Shown: positions 23,472-34,627 of the stretch, in pieces
How the letters are laid out: each line of letters starts with the position of its first letter
Numbering within the stretch: position 1 is the first letter of the stretch
Assembly (NCBI RefSeq): GCF_006345805.1
Contig: NW_021835905.1
Coordinates: forward strand, 1-37,415
From: Octopus sinensis
Lineage: Eukaryota
Length of the DNA: 37,415 nt
Direction of reading: 5' to 3'
Made by a program: the position numbers and the translations under genes
Notes under the pieces: generated by a model
Seen by the model: only the letters and a program-made list of their open reading frames with translations
Database searches by the model: none
What the model was told of the DNA's origin: nothing

Positions 23472-24780
23472 AAGGCGGCGAACTGGCAGAAACATTAGTA
23501 CGCCGGGCGAAATGCTTTGCGGTATTTCGTCTGCCGCTACGTTTTCAGTTCAAATTCCGCCGAGGTCGACTTTGCCTTTCATTCTTTCGGCGTCGATTAA
23601 ATAAGTACCAGTTACGCACTGGTTTCGATATAGTCGACATAATCCGTTTGTCTGTCCTTGTTTGTCCTCTCTGTGTTTAGCCACTTGTGGGTAGTAAAGA
23701 AATAGGTATTTCGTCTATCTTTACGTTCTGAGTTCAAATTTCGCCGAGGTCGACTTTGCTTTGCATCCTTTCGGGTCGATAAATTAAGTACCATTTGAGT
23801 ACTGGGGTCGATCTAATTGACTGGACCCCTTCCCCCAAAATTTCGGGCGTTGTGCCTAGAGTAGAAAAGTATCATTTAGAAGTATTAAGGCGGCAAGCTA
23901 GCAAAATCGTTAGCACGCTGGACGAAATACTTAACGGTATTTCGCCCCTCGCTACGTTCTGAGTTCAGATTCCACTGAGGTCGACTTTACTTTAAATCCT
24001 TTCGGGGTTGATAAATTAAGTACCAGTGAGTCATCGGGGTCTATGTATTCGACTTGTCCCCTTCCACCAAACTTCAGGTTTTTTGTGTTTTTTAACAGAA
24101 ATGATTATTTAGAAGTATTAAGGTGGCAGAATGGTTAGTGTGTTGGATAAAATGTTTAGTGGCATTTCTTCCGCTATACATTTTGAGTTCGAATACTGCT
24201 GAGATCAACTTTACCTTTCATTCTTTCGCGGTCGATAAAAAGATCACCGGTCGAGCACTGGGATCAATGTAATCGATTCATTCCCTCTCTTAAAATCTTG
24301 ACCTTGTGCCTAAAATAGAAATAAATATTTTAAATTATCAGAGCGGCGAAGTGGCAGAATCGTTAGCACGTCAGGCAAATTTCTTAGCGGTATTTCTTTA
24401 GACTCTTTATGTTTTGAGTTCAAATGCTACCGAGGTCAACTTTGCCTTTCATACTCTGGTGCTTGACAAAATAAATTACAGCTCAAGAACTAGGGTCGGT
24501 GTAATAGACCACCCTATCACCAAACGCTGACTTCGTAACAAAATTTGAAATAACTATTTAAAAGTACTCGGGCTAAGAGATGGCAGAATAGTTAGACATT
24601 TAGAGAAAATGCACTGTAGTATTTCTTCGGGACTTTTACGTTCGGAGTTCAAATTTTGCCAAGATCAACTTTACCTTTCATCCCTCCGTGGTTATAAAAT
24701 AAAGCACCAGTCGATTGTATAGACTCGGCCCTCCCCGAAAAGCAAACTTACAGACTTTGTGCTTAAATAACAAATCATAA
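23472..24780 (+). mobile_element. Head-to-tail array of six family C SINE copies
   Basis: Units start at about 23472, 23705, 23888, 24120, 24341 and 24577. Each has gttctgagttcaaat..gaggtcgactttgcctttcat..taagtaccag-like sequence, and divergence varies between units. Confidence 0.9.
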
Positions 24781-25464
24781 TTGGAAAATATTCTTATTAA
24801 GAATTGGTGTAGACGTGTGGTTTAGAACCTCGCTTTTCAAGCAAATGGTCTCGGGTTCGGTCTCATTGCGCGGCATCTCCGGCAGTTATCTTCAGTAACA
24901 GCCATACGTCAACCAGCCGTACATTGAAATTAGCACAACGAACTGTGTGGAATCCTGTACATGTTGAGCAAGACTAGAGCGTCGAGCAAAAATACTTTAC
25001 GGTATATAATTCCGCACAAAATTAGATCGTAAGACACAATATTAGACTAAATGTCAGCATTGATATAACCACAAAAAAAAAATGAAAAAAAAAAATGAAA
25101 AGAAAGAAAGAGAACACTCGCAAAATTAGTACTCCAGCAGGGCCGCAGTCGAATTACTGACACCGGACAAAGAGTAAAAAAATTTAATTTTTAACCCGAA
25201 ATTCGTTCAGTCATTATCATGCCTCTTTTATAGGAGGAAGTATATTTTAATTCTATACGAAACTAATCGTTGGAAAAGTTTAGATAGAGGAAGAAAGAGC
25301 TAGCTAAAAATAACTACAAAATAGAAGCAACAACATAAATAAATCAATCACATTCACAACAGCAGCAATAACAACAATAATATATTTTTAATTAGTGGGA
25401 AAACAAAAGCATACCAACGAAAATTTCTCAGCTCTTATCACCCCCATCCTTTTCTGTAAGTGAA

Positions 25465-25468
25465 TACG

Positions 25469-25531
<63 letters not shown>

Positions 25532-25589
25532 CTACAAATGTGTTTGTGCGTGAGTGTGTGTATGTATGCATGTATCTCTCTCTCGCTCC

Positions 25590-25642
<53 letters not shown>

Positions 25643-25812
25643 CACACATATATATACACATATATATGTGTGTCTATATGAATATATGTATCTATAAATA
25701 TACATACATACATATATATATATATCTGTGTGTGTGTGTATGTATGTGTATTTATATATGCGTGTGTGAATGTGAATGTATGTGTATGTGTATGCGTGTG
25801 TGTGTGTGTGTA
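25465..25812. repeat. (TA)/(TG)/(TC) compound microsatellite
   Basis: Direct observation. Confidence 0.95.
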
Positions 25813-26461
25813 ATTCCTCGTATGTCATGGAAGCCATGTTTAATGGAAAGCTGAAAGACCTCATCAAATCGGTGGCATTTCTAAAAACAAAAAGAAAATA
25901 ATGTTCGTGTTTTTCTCGAGCAACACTCAAATAAATCACAGAATAATTTGTGTGCTTCATTTTCCTGTGTTTTTTTTTCTTTTCTCTTTTCTTTTCTTTT
26001 CTTTCAAAAGAGATGATTTTGTTTGTGTAAGGTGAATTTACTCCTGGGCAATGATTTAATCTTTCAGGGAATAATAAATCTACGAAAACAAGAAAAAGAC
26101 AAAAAAAAGAAAAAGAAAAAGAAAAAGCAGAAATATGAGAGAAAAAATGTCGAAATAAAGAGGCAAAATCGAACCGCTTCCGTCAACAAACCTTTTCCTG
26201 TTGCGAGAAAATGAGCTTATCCTTCACGTTGTTGCTCAACCTGTTAGACATTACTTAAATCACACGTGACACTGTCTTAAAAAATATATTTATAAAAAAA
26301 TACAGAGGGTATGTTGAATAATGTAGTCTTAAATATACATACTATGGTTATAAAACGCGCGCGCGCACACACATATTCACATACACAGACGCAAAAGGAA
26401 AAAAATGTCAAAATTCTTCCTACTATAGAGAGATGCCTGGAATTTTTTTTGGGGGGGGGAG

Positions 26462-26910
26462 CTAGTCAGTTATGTCGACCCCAATAATTAACTGGTACTT
26501 ATTTTATCGATTCCCGAAAGGATGAATGACAAATTCGAAATTTAAACTCAGAATGTAAAAGCGGACCGTCGTTCCAACGATTCAACTAGATCGCATCCTT
26601 AACAACAACAAAAACAACAACGACAACAACAATAACAACAACAACAACGATGACGACGACAACAATAACTACAACAATAGCAATAATAATTTCCCCTGAA
26701 AGCACAAGGCCTGAAATTTTGGGGAAGGAGACACCTGTAGATTACATCTACCCAGGTGTTTCACTGGTACTTATTTTATCGAACCCGAATTGATGAAAGG
26801 CAAAGTCGACATCAGTGGCATTTGAACTCAGAACGTGAAGGTAAACGAAATACGGCTGAGCATTTTGCAGGGCGAAATGCTTAGTGGTATTCCGCCAGCT
26901 CACTGCCTTA
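26462..26910 (-). mobile_element. Two family C SINE copies (26462-26600 and 26685-26910) separated by (AAC)n
   Basis: ggtacttattttatcga..gatgaaaggcaaagtcgac..tttgaactcagaacg..ccgccagctcactgccttaa is the reverse complement of family C. Confidence 0.85.
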
Positions 26911-26912
26911 AC

Positions 26913-26963
<51 letters not shown>

Positions 26964-27350
26964 CATGAAGAAAAAAATGCTTTCTAATTGATGTATCAAT
27001 ACCGGCAGATGACAACGTGTCTCTAAAAGAAATGGAGAAACTCTCAAAATACAAAGACCTGGAAATAGAGGTAACTAGAATGTGGAACCTGAAAACAGAA
27101 ACAATTCCTATCATAGTAGGTGCATTAGGCATGATAAAAAAATATTCAGACAAATACATAACAAAAACACCAGGACTTACAAACACATATAACATACAGA
27201 AAATTGCACTACTAGGTACTGCACACATCCTACGCAGAACACTTTCCATAGAATAACCATCAGAGCATCACAACAAATCACAGCACATACCCAAGGCACA
27301 CAGAGCTGCGCTCGGTAGTGAAGTGAAAGCACGCTATAAAAATAAAACTA

Positions 27351-27354
<4 letters not shown>
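26964..27354 (+). mobile_element. Young 5'-truncated R4/Dong-like LINE (endonuclease C-terminus plus 3' UTR) inside (AAT)n
   Basis: Open frame 26969-27256: KKCFLIDVSIPADDNVSLKEMEKLSKYKDLEIEVTRMWNLKTETIPIIVGALGMIKKYSDKYITKTPGLTNTYNIQKIALLGTAHILRRTLSIE*. (AAT)n at 26912-26963 and 27355-27412. Confidence 0.93.
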
Positions 27355-27412
<58 letters not shown>

Positions 27413-27414
<2 letters not shown>

Positions 27415-28035
27415 GGAAAGCAGCTTAGGGTGGTATATAAAAAACGCCGTGAAGCCACTTTTGAAACACACGAAGAAAGCCGGCGTCATCAAAACTGAAT
27501 ATTGTGTAACTAAAGAAAAATTTAAACAAGGAATGCACAAAAAAAGAAGAAAGAAAAAGCATAAAAAGAAAAGAAAATGTACGGTCATCTTGCAAAAGAT
27601 ATGAACGCCAAGATAGATACAGTGGACCGGTGGCTATGGATGAGGAGGAGTGCCTGAAAAAAGTGACAGAAGCACTGATATGCGCGGCTTAGGATCAAGC
27701 TTTAAGGACTAATTATATGAAGTGAAGAATACACAACGTTATCGATAGCGGCAAATGTAGAATGTGTGGTGAGAGAGGTGAAACGGTATGGTACAACGTT
27801 AGCGATTGCCCGAAATACTCACAACGCAAATACAAAAGACGCCATGACAATGTGGCAAGAACGATCTATTGGAAGCTTTGTGGAAACCACGGACTAGAAT
27901 GAGCAAAGACGTGGCATGAAAAAAATCCAGAAGGAGTCACCAAAAATGAGAATTGCAAAATCCTGTGGGATGTAATGATCCAGTTCGATCACCCAATCAG
28001 ACATCGGAAACCGGACATTGTTGTGGTGAATACTT
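27413..28035 (+). mobile_element. R4/Dong-like LINE fragment (zinc knuckle to start of endonuclease), different subfamily
   Basis: LKKVTEALICAA*DQALRTNY..KCRMCGERGETVWYNVSDCPKYSQRKYKRRHDNVARTIYWKLC..KILWDVMIQFDHPIRHRKPDIVVVN. Confidence 0.88.
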
Positions 28036-28051
28036 CTGCTTGTGGGAGACC

Positions 28052-28194
28052 GTTAATGTCAAGCAATTGACAAGCAAATCTGTGGTATGTGGCAGAATAT
28101 TTGCTATACCAAGACAAAACAATGTACATGCTAACACTTCCAATCAGTTAAGCTCACAAGTCATGAGAGCGACTGCCTGGTACTGCATCAGGGT
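28052..28194 (-). mobile_element. Family E fragment (inverted relative to 29251-29410)
   Basis: Reverse complement accctgatgcagtaccaggcagtcgctctcatg..catgtacattgttttgtcttggtata..gcaaatattctg..agatttgcttgtca aligns to 29253-29410. Confidence 0.85.
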
Positions 28195-28204
28195 ATTTAT
28201 TATT

Positions 28205-28336
28205 ATTATTGTTGTTGTTTTCGCTACAAGGGCAGCTTGGGGGAGTGGGTATGAGTCGATTACATCGACCCTATTGCGTAAATGGTACTTATTTTATCGA
28301 CCCCGAAAGGATGAAAGGCAAAGTCAACTTCGGCGG
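28205..28336 (-). mobile_element. Family C SINE 3' half
   Basis: ggtacttattttatcgaccccgaaaggatgaaaggcaaagtcaacttcggcggaat. Confidence 0.85.
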
Positions 28337-28542
<206 letters not shown>

Positions 28543-28545
28543 TCT

Positions 28546-28820
28546 TAAAGCAATAAAGTATGTTTATTGATTGATATGAGCATACCCTGCGACCGTAATA
28601 TCTCAGCAAAAGAATTTGATATGCTCAGAAAATATAAAGATTTGCTAATCAAAATCGAAAAGATGTGGTTTCTCAAGACGGTTACAATACGAGTGATTGT
28701 AGAACTTGGAATGATCAAAATAGGAACTTAAAATTATTTAAGAATGATCCCATGCAGGAAGTGCAAGAGATTGTCTTAACTGGTACGTCACACGTATTGA
28801 GAAGAGCATTGCGGCTGTAA
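28546..28820 (+). mobile_element. R4/Dong-like LINE endonuclease C-terminal fragment
   Basis: LIDMSIPCDRNISAKEFDMLRKYKDLLIKIEKMWFLKTVTIRVIV..MQEVQEIVLTGTSHVLRRALRL*, directly after (AAT)n. Confidence 0.85.
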
Positions 28821-29042
28821 ATTTTCTTACCTTCCCCCACCCTTTATTTGTTTAATTTTCTATTTTTTTATTTTCTCCTTTTTCTCTCTGTCTTTTTCCC
28901 TTTTCTATGTCACATGACTCTGTAAATGAACAATCTGATGTGCTTGTTTTAATGGCCTACCAATGTATACAGTACGTTTCTCTGCCCTGGGTCTCAGGAA
29001 GACACTCGGCAAGAAATAGAAACAATTGAAAGATGCTAAGGA

Positions 29043-29043
29043 A

Positions 29044-29102
<59 letters not shown>

Positions 29103-29173
29103 TGATGATGATAATAATAATAATAATGATAATAATAATAATAATAATAATAATGATGATGATAATAATAATA

Positions 29174-29247
<74 letters not shown>
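29043..29247. repeat. (AAT)n/(GAT)n microsatellite
   Basis: Direct observation. Confidence 0.95.
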
Positions 29248-29249
<2 letters not shown>

Positions 29250-29250
29250 A

Positions 29251-29806
29251 GATGCCATGATGCAGTAACAGGCAGTGGTTCGCATGGCTTTTGATCTTAA
29301 ATGATCGGAAGTTTTATCATGTACATTGTTTTTTCTTGGTATAAAAGATGGGCTACAGCAAATATTCTGCTCAATACCTCAGATTTGCTTGTCATTTGCT
29401 TGACCATAACCAGTTAACCATGTCCCTTAGTGGCTGACGATGTGTGTATCTCTGATCACGAACAGAAGTAGCATCGTAATCATGAGTTGAGAGGGATTCT
29501 CTGGGGTTTAAGTAATTAACACCCGGAAAAATAGGTGTTTCGTTCATCATTCTTAAAAAACCTTTTATTCAGTGATCTTCTGAGCTGGATGGGCTACTTG
29601 ACCGGAAGAAAATTCTAACTGGGCCCCACCTGCAAGACCATGCACTGTTTATCTTCATATGAAATCACCATGTCGCACACATATTGTTGTGATGTGTGCA
29701 ACTGGTGCACTCTTATCAGACTGGTAGTCACGGTGGGTATATTTGGCTTCGGATATTTGTACCCCCCGTCAGTTTGATGGCATGTGCTGCTCCTGCCCTC
29801 AACAAT
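29251..29806 (+). mobile_element. Family E: about 560-bp non-coding interspersed repeat of unknown class, adjacent to (AAT)n
   Basis: Second copy at 28052-28194. No recognisable ORF, tRNA head or TIR seen. Starts right after (AAT)n and ends in an AAT/AAAT-like run. Confidence 0.6.
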
Positions 29807-30189
29807 GATAAATAAATAAATGAATAAAAATGTGAAGGAAAAGACGAGAGACAGTTATGTTTTGAACGCTTTTGAGAACAGAACCGGTTCAGCATTCATA
29901 ACCTCGGTGTTAAACAACAAACATGTTTACAAAAACGGTGAATAGGAAATAACAAATATAAAATTTACATCCGTCAACAACATTGTTTTGAGAAGCTTAG
30001 GAGAGACCATCTACGTGGTCACATGAATCTCTTAGAAATAGCAACCTAATCTTCCTCGAATCACACACTGCTGTCTCGAAATAATTTTTGTTGCGTCCAA
30101 GTAGTACTGGATTTATTCATTTGAATCGAGGAAGAAGGCAGTAATCCGAAATGCTTTAAAATGAAAACGAGATAGTCACGTATTTGATC

Positions 30190-30268
30190 ATGTGTATACA
30201 TACATACATACATACATACATACATAATAAAGAAATAACATACATACATACATACATGTATATATATG

Positions 30269-30361
<93 letters not shown>

Positions 30362-31137
30362 ATACATATACATATATATATATATATATATACATATACA
30401 TACGTACATGTACATATATATTTATCCACACATGCATATATACATATACACACATACACACATATGTGTGTACATGTGTTCGCGCAAGCACATTTAAGCA
30501 CACAAATCACACATATATACACATATATATACATGTTTGTGTGGATGTATGCTTGTTGACACACACGTGTGCGCGCGTACGCTTAATTTCAGGGCTGACC
30601 AGGGACTAAACAACAAAAGCAACATAATAATTGCAACCAATATTATATTATAGTATATCATATTATATTATATTATGTATTATAGTACAGTATATATTCA
30701 ACATTTAGGGCGAATTAAACGGCTTTAAAGAAAGGAAGATAGAAAAACATTAAAGGAAAGAAAAAATATAAGGAAATAGACGAGAAACTAAAGAAAACAT
30801 GGCGGCGAGGTAGAAACGCGCAAGTAAACATGGACAATATTTATGGAAGTGATAAACTTAGTCAGCAAAGCATCCATTTGTTTTGCCTGGCATTCTATTT
30901 AATAGCCCCCTTTGGCATGTTTTGACTTTAATAAGAAAATCGCCACCTCTCAGCGTAGCAAAATGATTGGCAGAGCAGCCTAAGTTGACTTTATCGTTGT
31001 TTATGAGCCACTAAAACACATTTTTACATGGCCAACTTTGCTCGCTGCCTTTCGGCTTGTCTTTCTTTTCCCGTTCTTTCTTTTTCTTCCCTTCTTCCTT
31101 TCTTTCTTTCTTTCTTTTTTTCTCTCTTTCTTTCTTA

Positions 31138-31192
<55 letters not shown>

Positions 31193-31770
31193 TATTTCTT
31201 TCTTTCTTTCTTTCTTCTTAAATGACGTTCTCGCAGATTAAAATATGTATGTGACTAAGGCGTGGATGCTTGTTGATTTTGCTTACGTGTGTGTGTGTGT
31301 GTGTGAGTGTGTGGGTAAGTGAATGTGTGAGTGAGTGTGTGTGTGTGTCTGAGTGTGAGTGAGTGCGTGAGTGTGTGAGTGAGTGAATGAGTGAGTGAGT
31401 GAGTGTGTGTGTGTATTTGTGTGTTATCTTTCACTTGTTTTACTCATTAAACTGCGACCATGCAGTTTAATGACTGAAGAATAATTTTTAGTCGAATGAA
31501 CCGACTCCAGTACTTATCGTTTCAAAGCCTGGAACTTATTCTGTCAGTGTCTTTTGCCGAACTGCTAAGTTACGTGGAAGTAACAACACCAACACCAGTT
31601 TTCAGGCAGTGGTGGAAACAAACAGACACATATGCACACCCACACTCGCAAGGCTTTTGTAGGCCCGATGCTATAGTAGAAGACACTTGCCCAAGTTGCC
31701 ACGCAGTGGAACTGAACCCGGAACCTTGCGGTTGATAAACCAGCTACTTACCACACAGTCACACCTGTGC

Positions 31771-31832
<62 letters not shown>

Positions 31833-32030
31833 GTCCATATGTCTATCTGTCTGTGTGTCTGTCTGTCCATATGTCTATCTGTCTGTGTGTCTGTCTGTCT
31901 ATACAAACATACATATATATATACATATGTACATACCTACATATATACTTACAGACATACATACACACATACATACATACATACACACATACATACATAC
32001 ATACATATATAAATACATGCATGCATACAT
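30190..32030. repeat. Microsatellite blocks: (TACA)/(TA) 30190-30540, (TTTC)n 31070-31220, (TG)/(GAGT) 31270-31420, (TATC)/(TGTC)/(TACA) 31770-32030
   Basis: Direct observation. Confidence 0.9.
31426..31772 (-). mobile_element. SINE family A, diverged and internally deleted
   Basis: Tail (ttttgccgaactgctaagttacg) and head (gctatagtagaagacacttgcccaag..gaacccggaacc..cttaccacacag) both match family A. Confidence 0.85.
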
Positions 32031-32898
32031 ATCTTTAACATACTTCAGTCACTGGACGGCAGCCATCTTGGGGAACCAGCCATGACCATCCTGTTCATTT
32101 TTTAAAAACATATATAGAATACCATCTAATGTTTCTGGTCACAATATAAGATATGATGTTAGCCGAGCGAGGTCTGGCTGCTATTTCTAGTAGATCTGAC
32201 TTAAGGCCAAATAACATTAACACAGCTACCACCACCACCACCACCACCACTACTACCAACAACAACAACAACAAAAGCAACAATAACAAAAGCAACAACA
32301 TCAATAACAACGACTACAACAGTTTGCAAATATAGTAAATGCAGTAATTGAATTGTGGGGTGCTGTGTTTTTGTAGCGCTTTAGTTGTGTAATTGTGGTT
32401 CTTCTTGGGGGCGATATTTGTGCTGTGTTAAAGTGTTGAGTGTTGATTACATATTTTTAGGTATGTTGGTGTAGGTGTCATTGTTTGATGATAAGTCCAA
32501 AGTTAGCGCTCAACAGATAAGTCTATGATGAAATACGTTCCACTTTCAACAATCCTGCTTTTAAAACTGAGAAACTAATGTAACAGATTTTTAAAGAAAA
32601 TCATTTGTTTACACGAGGAGTATACCCCAAAAATACTGGATTTTTAAAGCAGCGCTCCAACCAGTCTGCCCAGCAAGGTTCCGCCTGCAGTAGTGTGTAT
32701 ATGTTACAGTGGCCTTCAGGTAGTTATTGATTTACACCTGCTGGAATAAATGCATATTTATCGTGCTTGTTGATTTGACACAATTCGGGAAATGATAGAT
32801 TTGTAAAAGCAACGTGTCTGTGAGAAATTCTTAAAATTGAGATGTTACAAGTTTGGGGATTCCGCGGGGCGGTACCTAATTTTAAGACTTGTACCAGT

Positions 32899-33128
32899 GG
32901 AGGTGCAATGGCCCAGTGGTTAGGGCAGCGGGACTCGCGGTCGTAGGATCGCTGTTTCGATTCCCAGACCGGGCGTCGTGAGTGTTTATTGAGCGAAAAC
33001 ACCTAAAGCTCCACGAGGCTCCGGCTAGGGGTTGTGGCGATCCCTGCTGTACTCTTTCGCCACAATTTTCTCTCACTCTTTCTTCTGTTGGCCTTCTCGC
33101 TTAGCCAACGGGGTGGCGTCATCTGAAG
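32899..33128 (+). mobile_element. SINE family B head with tail T3 (truncated)
   Basis: Head near-identical to 22431. The 3' part ttctgttggccttctcgcttagccaacggggtggcgtcat matches the reverse complement of 35700-35740. Confidence 0.9.
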
Positions 33129-33142
33129 CGCACTGTGAAATC

Positions 33143-33238
33143 CAAAGTCAACCTCGACGGAAATTGAGCTCAAAACATAAAGTCAGACGAAATGCCACTT
33201 AGCATTTGGGCCTGCGTGCTAACGATTCTGCTAGCTCA
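33143..33238 (-). mobile_element. Old family C head, head-to-head with the next element
   Basis: aaagtcaacctcgacggaaattgagctcaaaac..gcgtgctaacgattctgctagctc is the reverse complement of the C head. Confidence 0.8.
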
Positions 33239-33256
33239 CTATGTTGAATCTAGGAA

Positions 33257-33488
33257 AGGCGGCAAGCTGGCAGAAACGTTAGCACGCCGGGCGAAATGCT
33301 TAGCGATATTTCGTCTGCGGTTACGTTCTGAGTTCAAATTCCGCCGAGGTCAACTTTGCCTTTCATCCTTACGGTGTCGATAAATTAAGTACCTGTTACG
33401 CACTGGAGTCGATGTAATCGACTTAATACCTATGTCTGTCCTTACTTGTCCCCTCTGTGTATAGCCCCTTGTGGGTAGTAAAGAAATA
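33257..33488 (+). mobile_element. SINE family C, full length (232 bp) with a 17-bp TSD
   Basis: TSD tatgttgaatctaggaa at 33240-33256 and 33489-33505. A-box-like tggcagaaacgttag and B-box-like gagttcaaattcc. The 3' end is gtagtaaagaaata. Confidence 0.93.
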
Positions 33489-33596
33489 TATGTTGAATCT
33501 AGGAAGTAATAATAACGTTAGTCAAAATTAACAGCGTGTCTAATTTGACTAATGAGCCAAGTTTCAGTTCACGTGACACCTATCCTAATCAGGTCA

Positions 33597-33630
<34 letters not shown>

Positions 33631-33651
33631 GCGCGTGCACACACACAAGTG

Positions 33652-33702
<51 letters not shown>

Positions 33703-33786
33703 ACACGCACATATTTATATATTATATTTTATTCTTTTATTCTCTTACTTATTTCCGTCGTTTGACTGCGGAATTTCTTGTCAACG

Positions 33787-33858
33787 GGCAGTTTAGCTTA
33801 ATTAGTAGAGTGCTCGGCCGGTATCAAAGAGTTGCGGGTTCGAGTGCCGTGGCTGTCA
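33787..33858 (+). pseudogene. 72-nt tRNA-like cloverleaf (anticodon position GGT, Thr-like); pseudogene or SINE head
   Basis: Acceptor GGCAGTT/GGCTGTC+A (with G-U pairs), D arm GCTT/GAGT, T arm GCGGG-TTCGAGT-GCCGT. The anticodon stem has 2 mismatches and the loop is CC-GGT-AT. Confidence 0.6.
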
Positions 33859-33960
33859 GCTCAGCTGATTACCTTTTTCGTCATATAAGAGTAGAACACC
33901 CAATCTTTCTGCTGTTTTCACGGCTATACTGCGTTCGAAATATTACTTTCTTGTCTGTAT

Positions 33961-34370
33961 AAGCGCAGGAGTAGCTGTGTGGTAAGTATCTTGCTTACCA
34001 ACCACATGGTTCCGGGTTCAGTCCCACTGCGTGGCATCTTGGGCAAGTGCCTTCTGCTATAGCCTCGAACCGACCAAAGCCTTGTCAGTGGATTTGGTAG
34101 ACGGAAACTGAAAGAAGCCCGTCGTATATATGTATATGTATATGTATATATTCGTGTGTGTGTTTGTGTGTCTGTGTTTTTCCCCTCCAGCATCGCTTGA
34201 CAACCGATGTTGGTGTGTTTACGTCCCCGTCACTTAGCGGTTCGGCAAAAGAGACCGACAGAATAATTACTGGGCTTACAAAGAATAAGTCCCGGGGTCG
34301 ATTTCCTTGACTAAAGGTGGTGCCCCAGCATGGCCGCAGTCAAATGACTGAAACAAGTAAAGAGAGAATA
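33961..34370 (+). mobile_element. SINE family A, full length reference copy
   Basis: tRNA-like head gcgcaggagtagctgtgtggtaag..ggttccgggttcagtcccac, internal (TATG)/(TG) tract, and tail ..cagcatggccgcagtcaaatgactgaaacaagtaaagagagaata. Confidence 0.93.
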
Positions 34371-34627
34371 TGATACGATACACATTCAACACTTCCAAAA
34401 ACAAAAAAACACCCATAGATACTTTATATAGATATAATATTTGTATGCGTATATGCATGTGTATATTGATAAGTTTAGTATGATCTATATGCTTTAAATT
34501 TTTCTCTATTCTATGCTGCCTGATGAAGCTTGTTCATCAATATGTTTGTGTTAACTTTCTCGATCTCTGTAGAATCTTGTCGATCAAATATTGATCACTT
34601 AATATGCACGATTACTACATCTCAGGG

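Noticed and set aside
23472-24780. tRNA gene cluster or CRISPR array
   Set aside because: Units are about 230-bp SINE copies with degenerate heads and no valid cloverleaf or spacer structure.
29251-29330. HDV-like ribozyme at the 5' end of family E
   Set aside because: One possible P1-like stem is present, but I could not identify P3/L3, P1.1 or the catalytic C segment by eye.
31445-31472. Hairpin cattaaactgc-gaccat-gcagtttaatg as a terminator
   Set aside because: It lies inside a decayed SINE tail, has no U tract, and is most simply a local template-switch mutation.
32610-32895. Mariner-type MITE
   Set aside because: The left end looks vaguely TIR-like, but no matching inverted right end was found.
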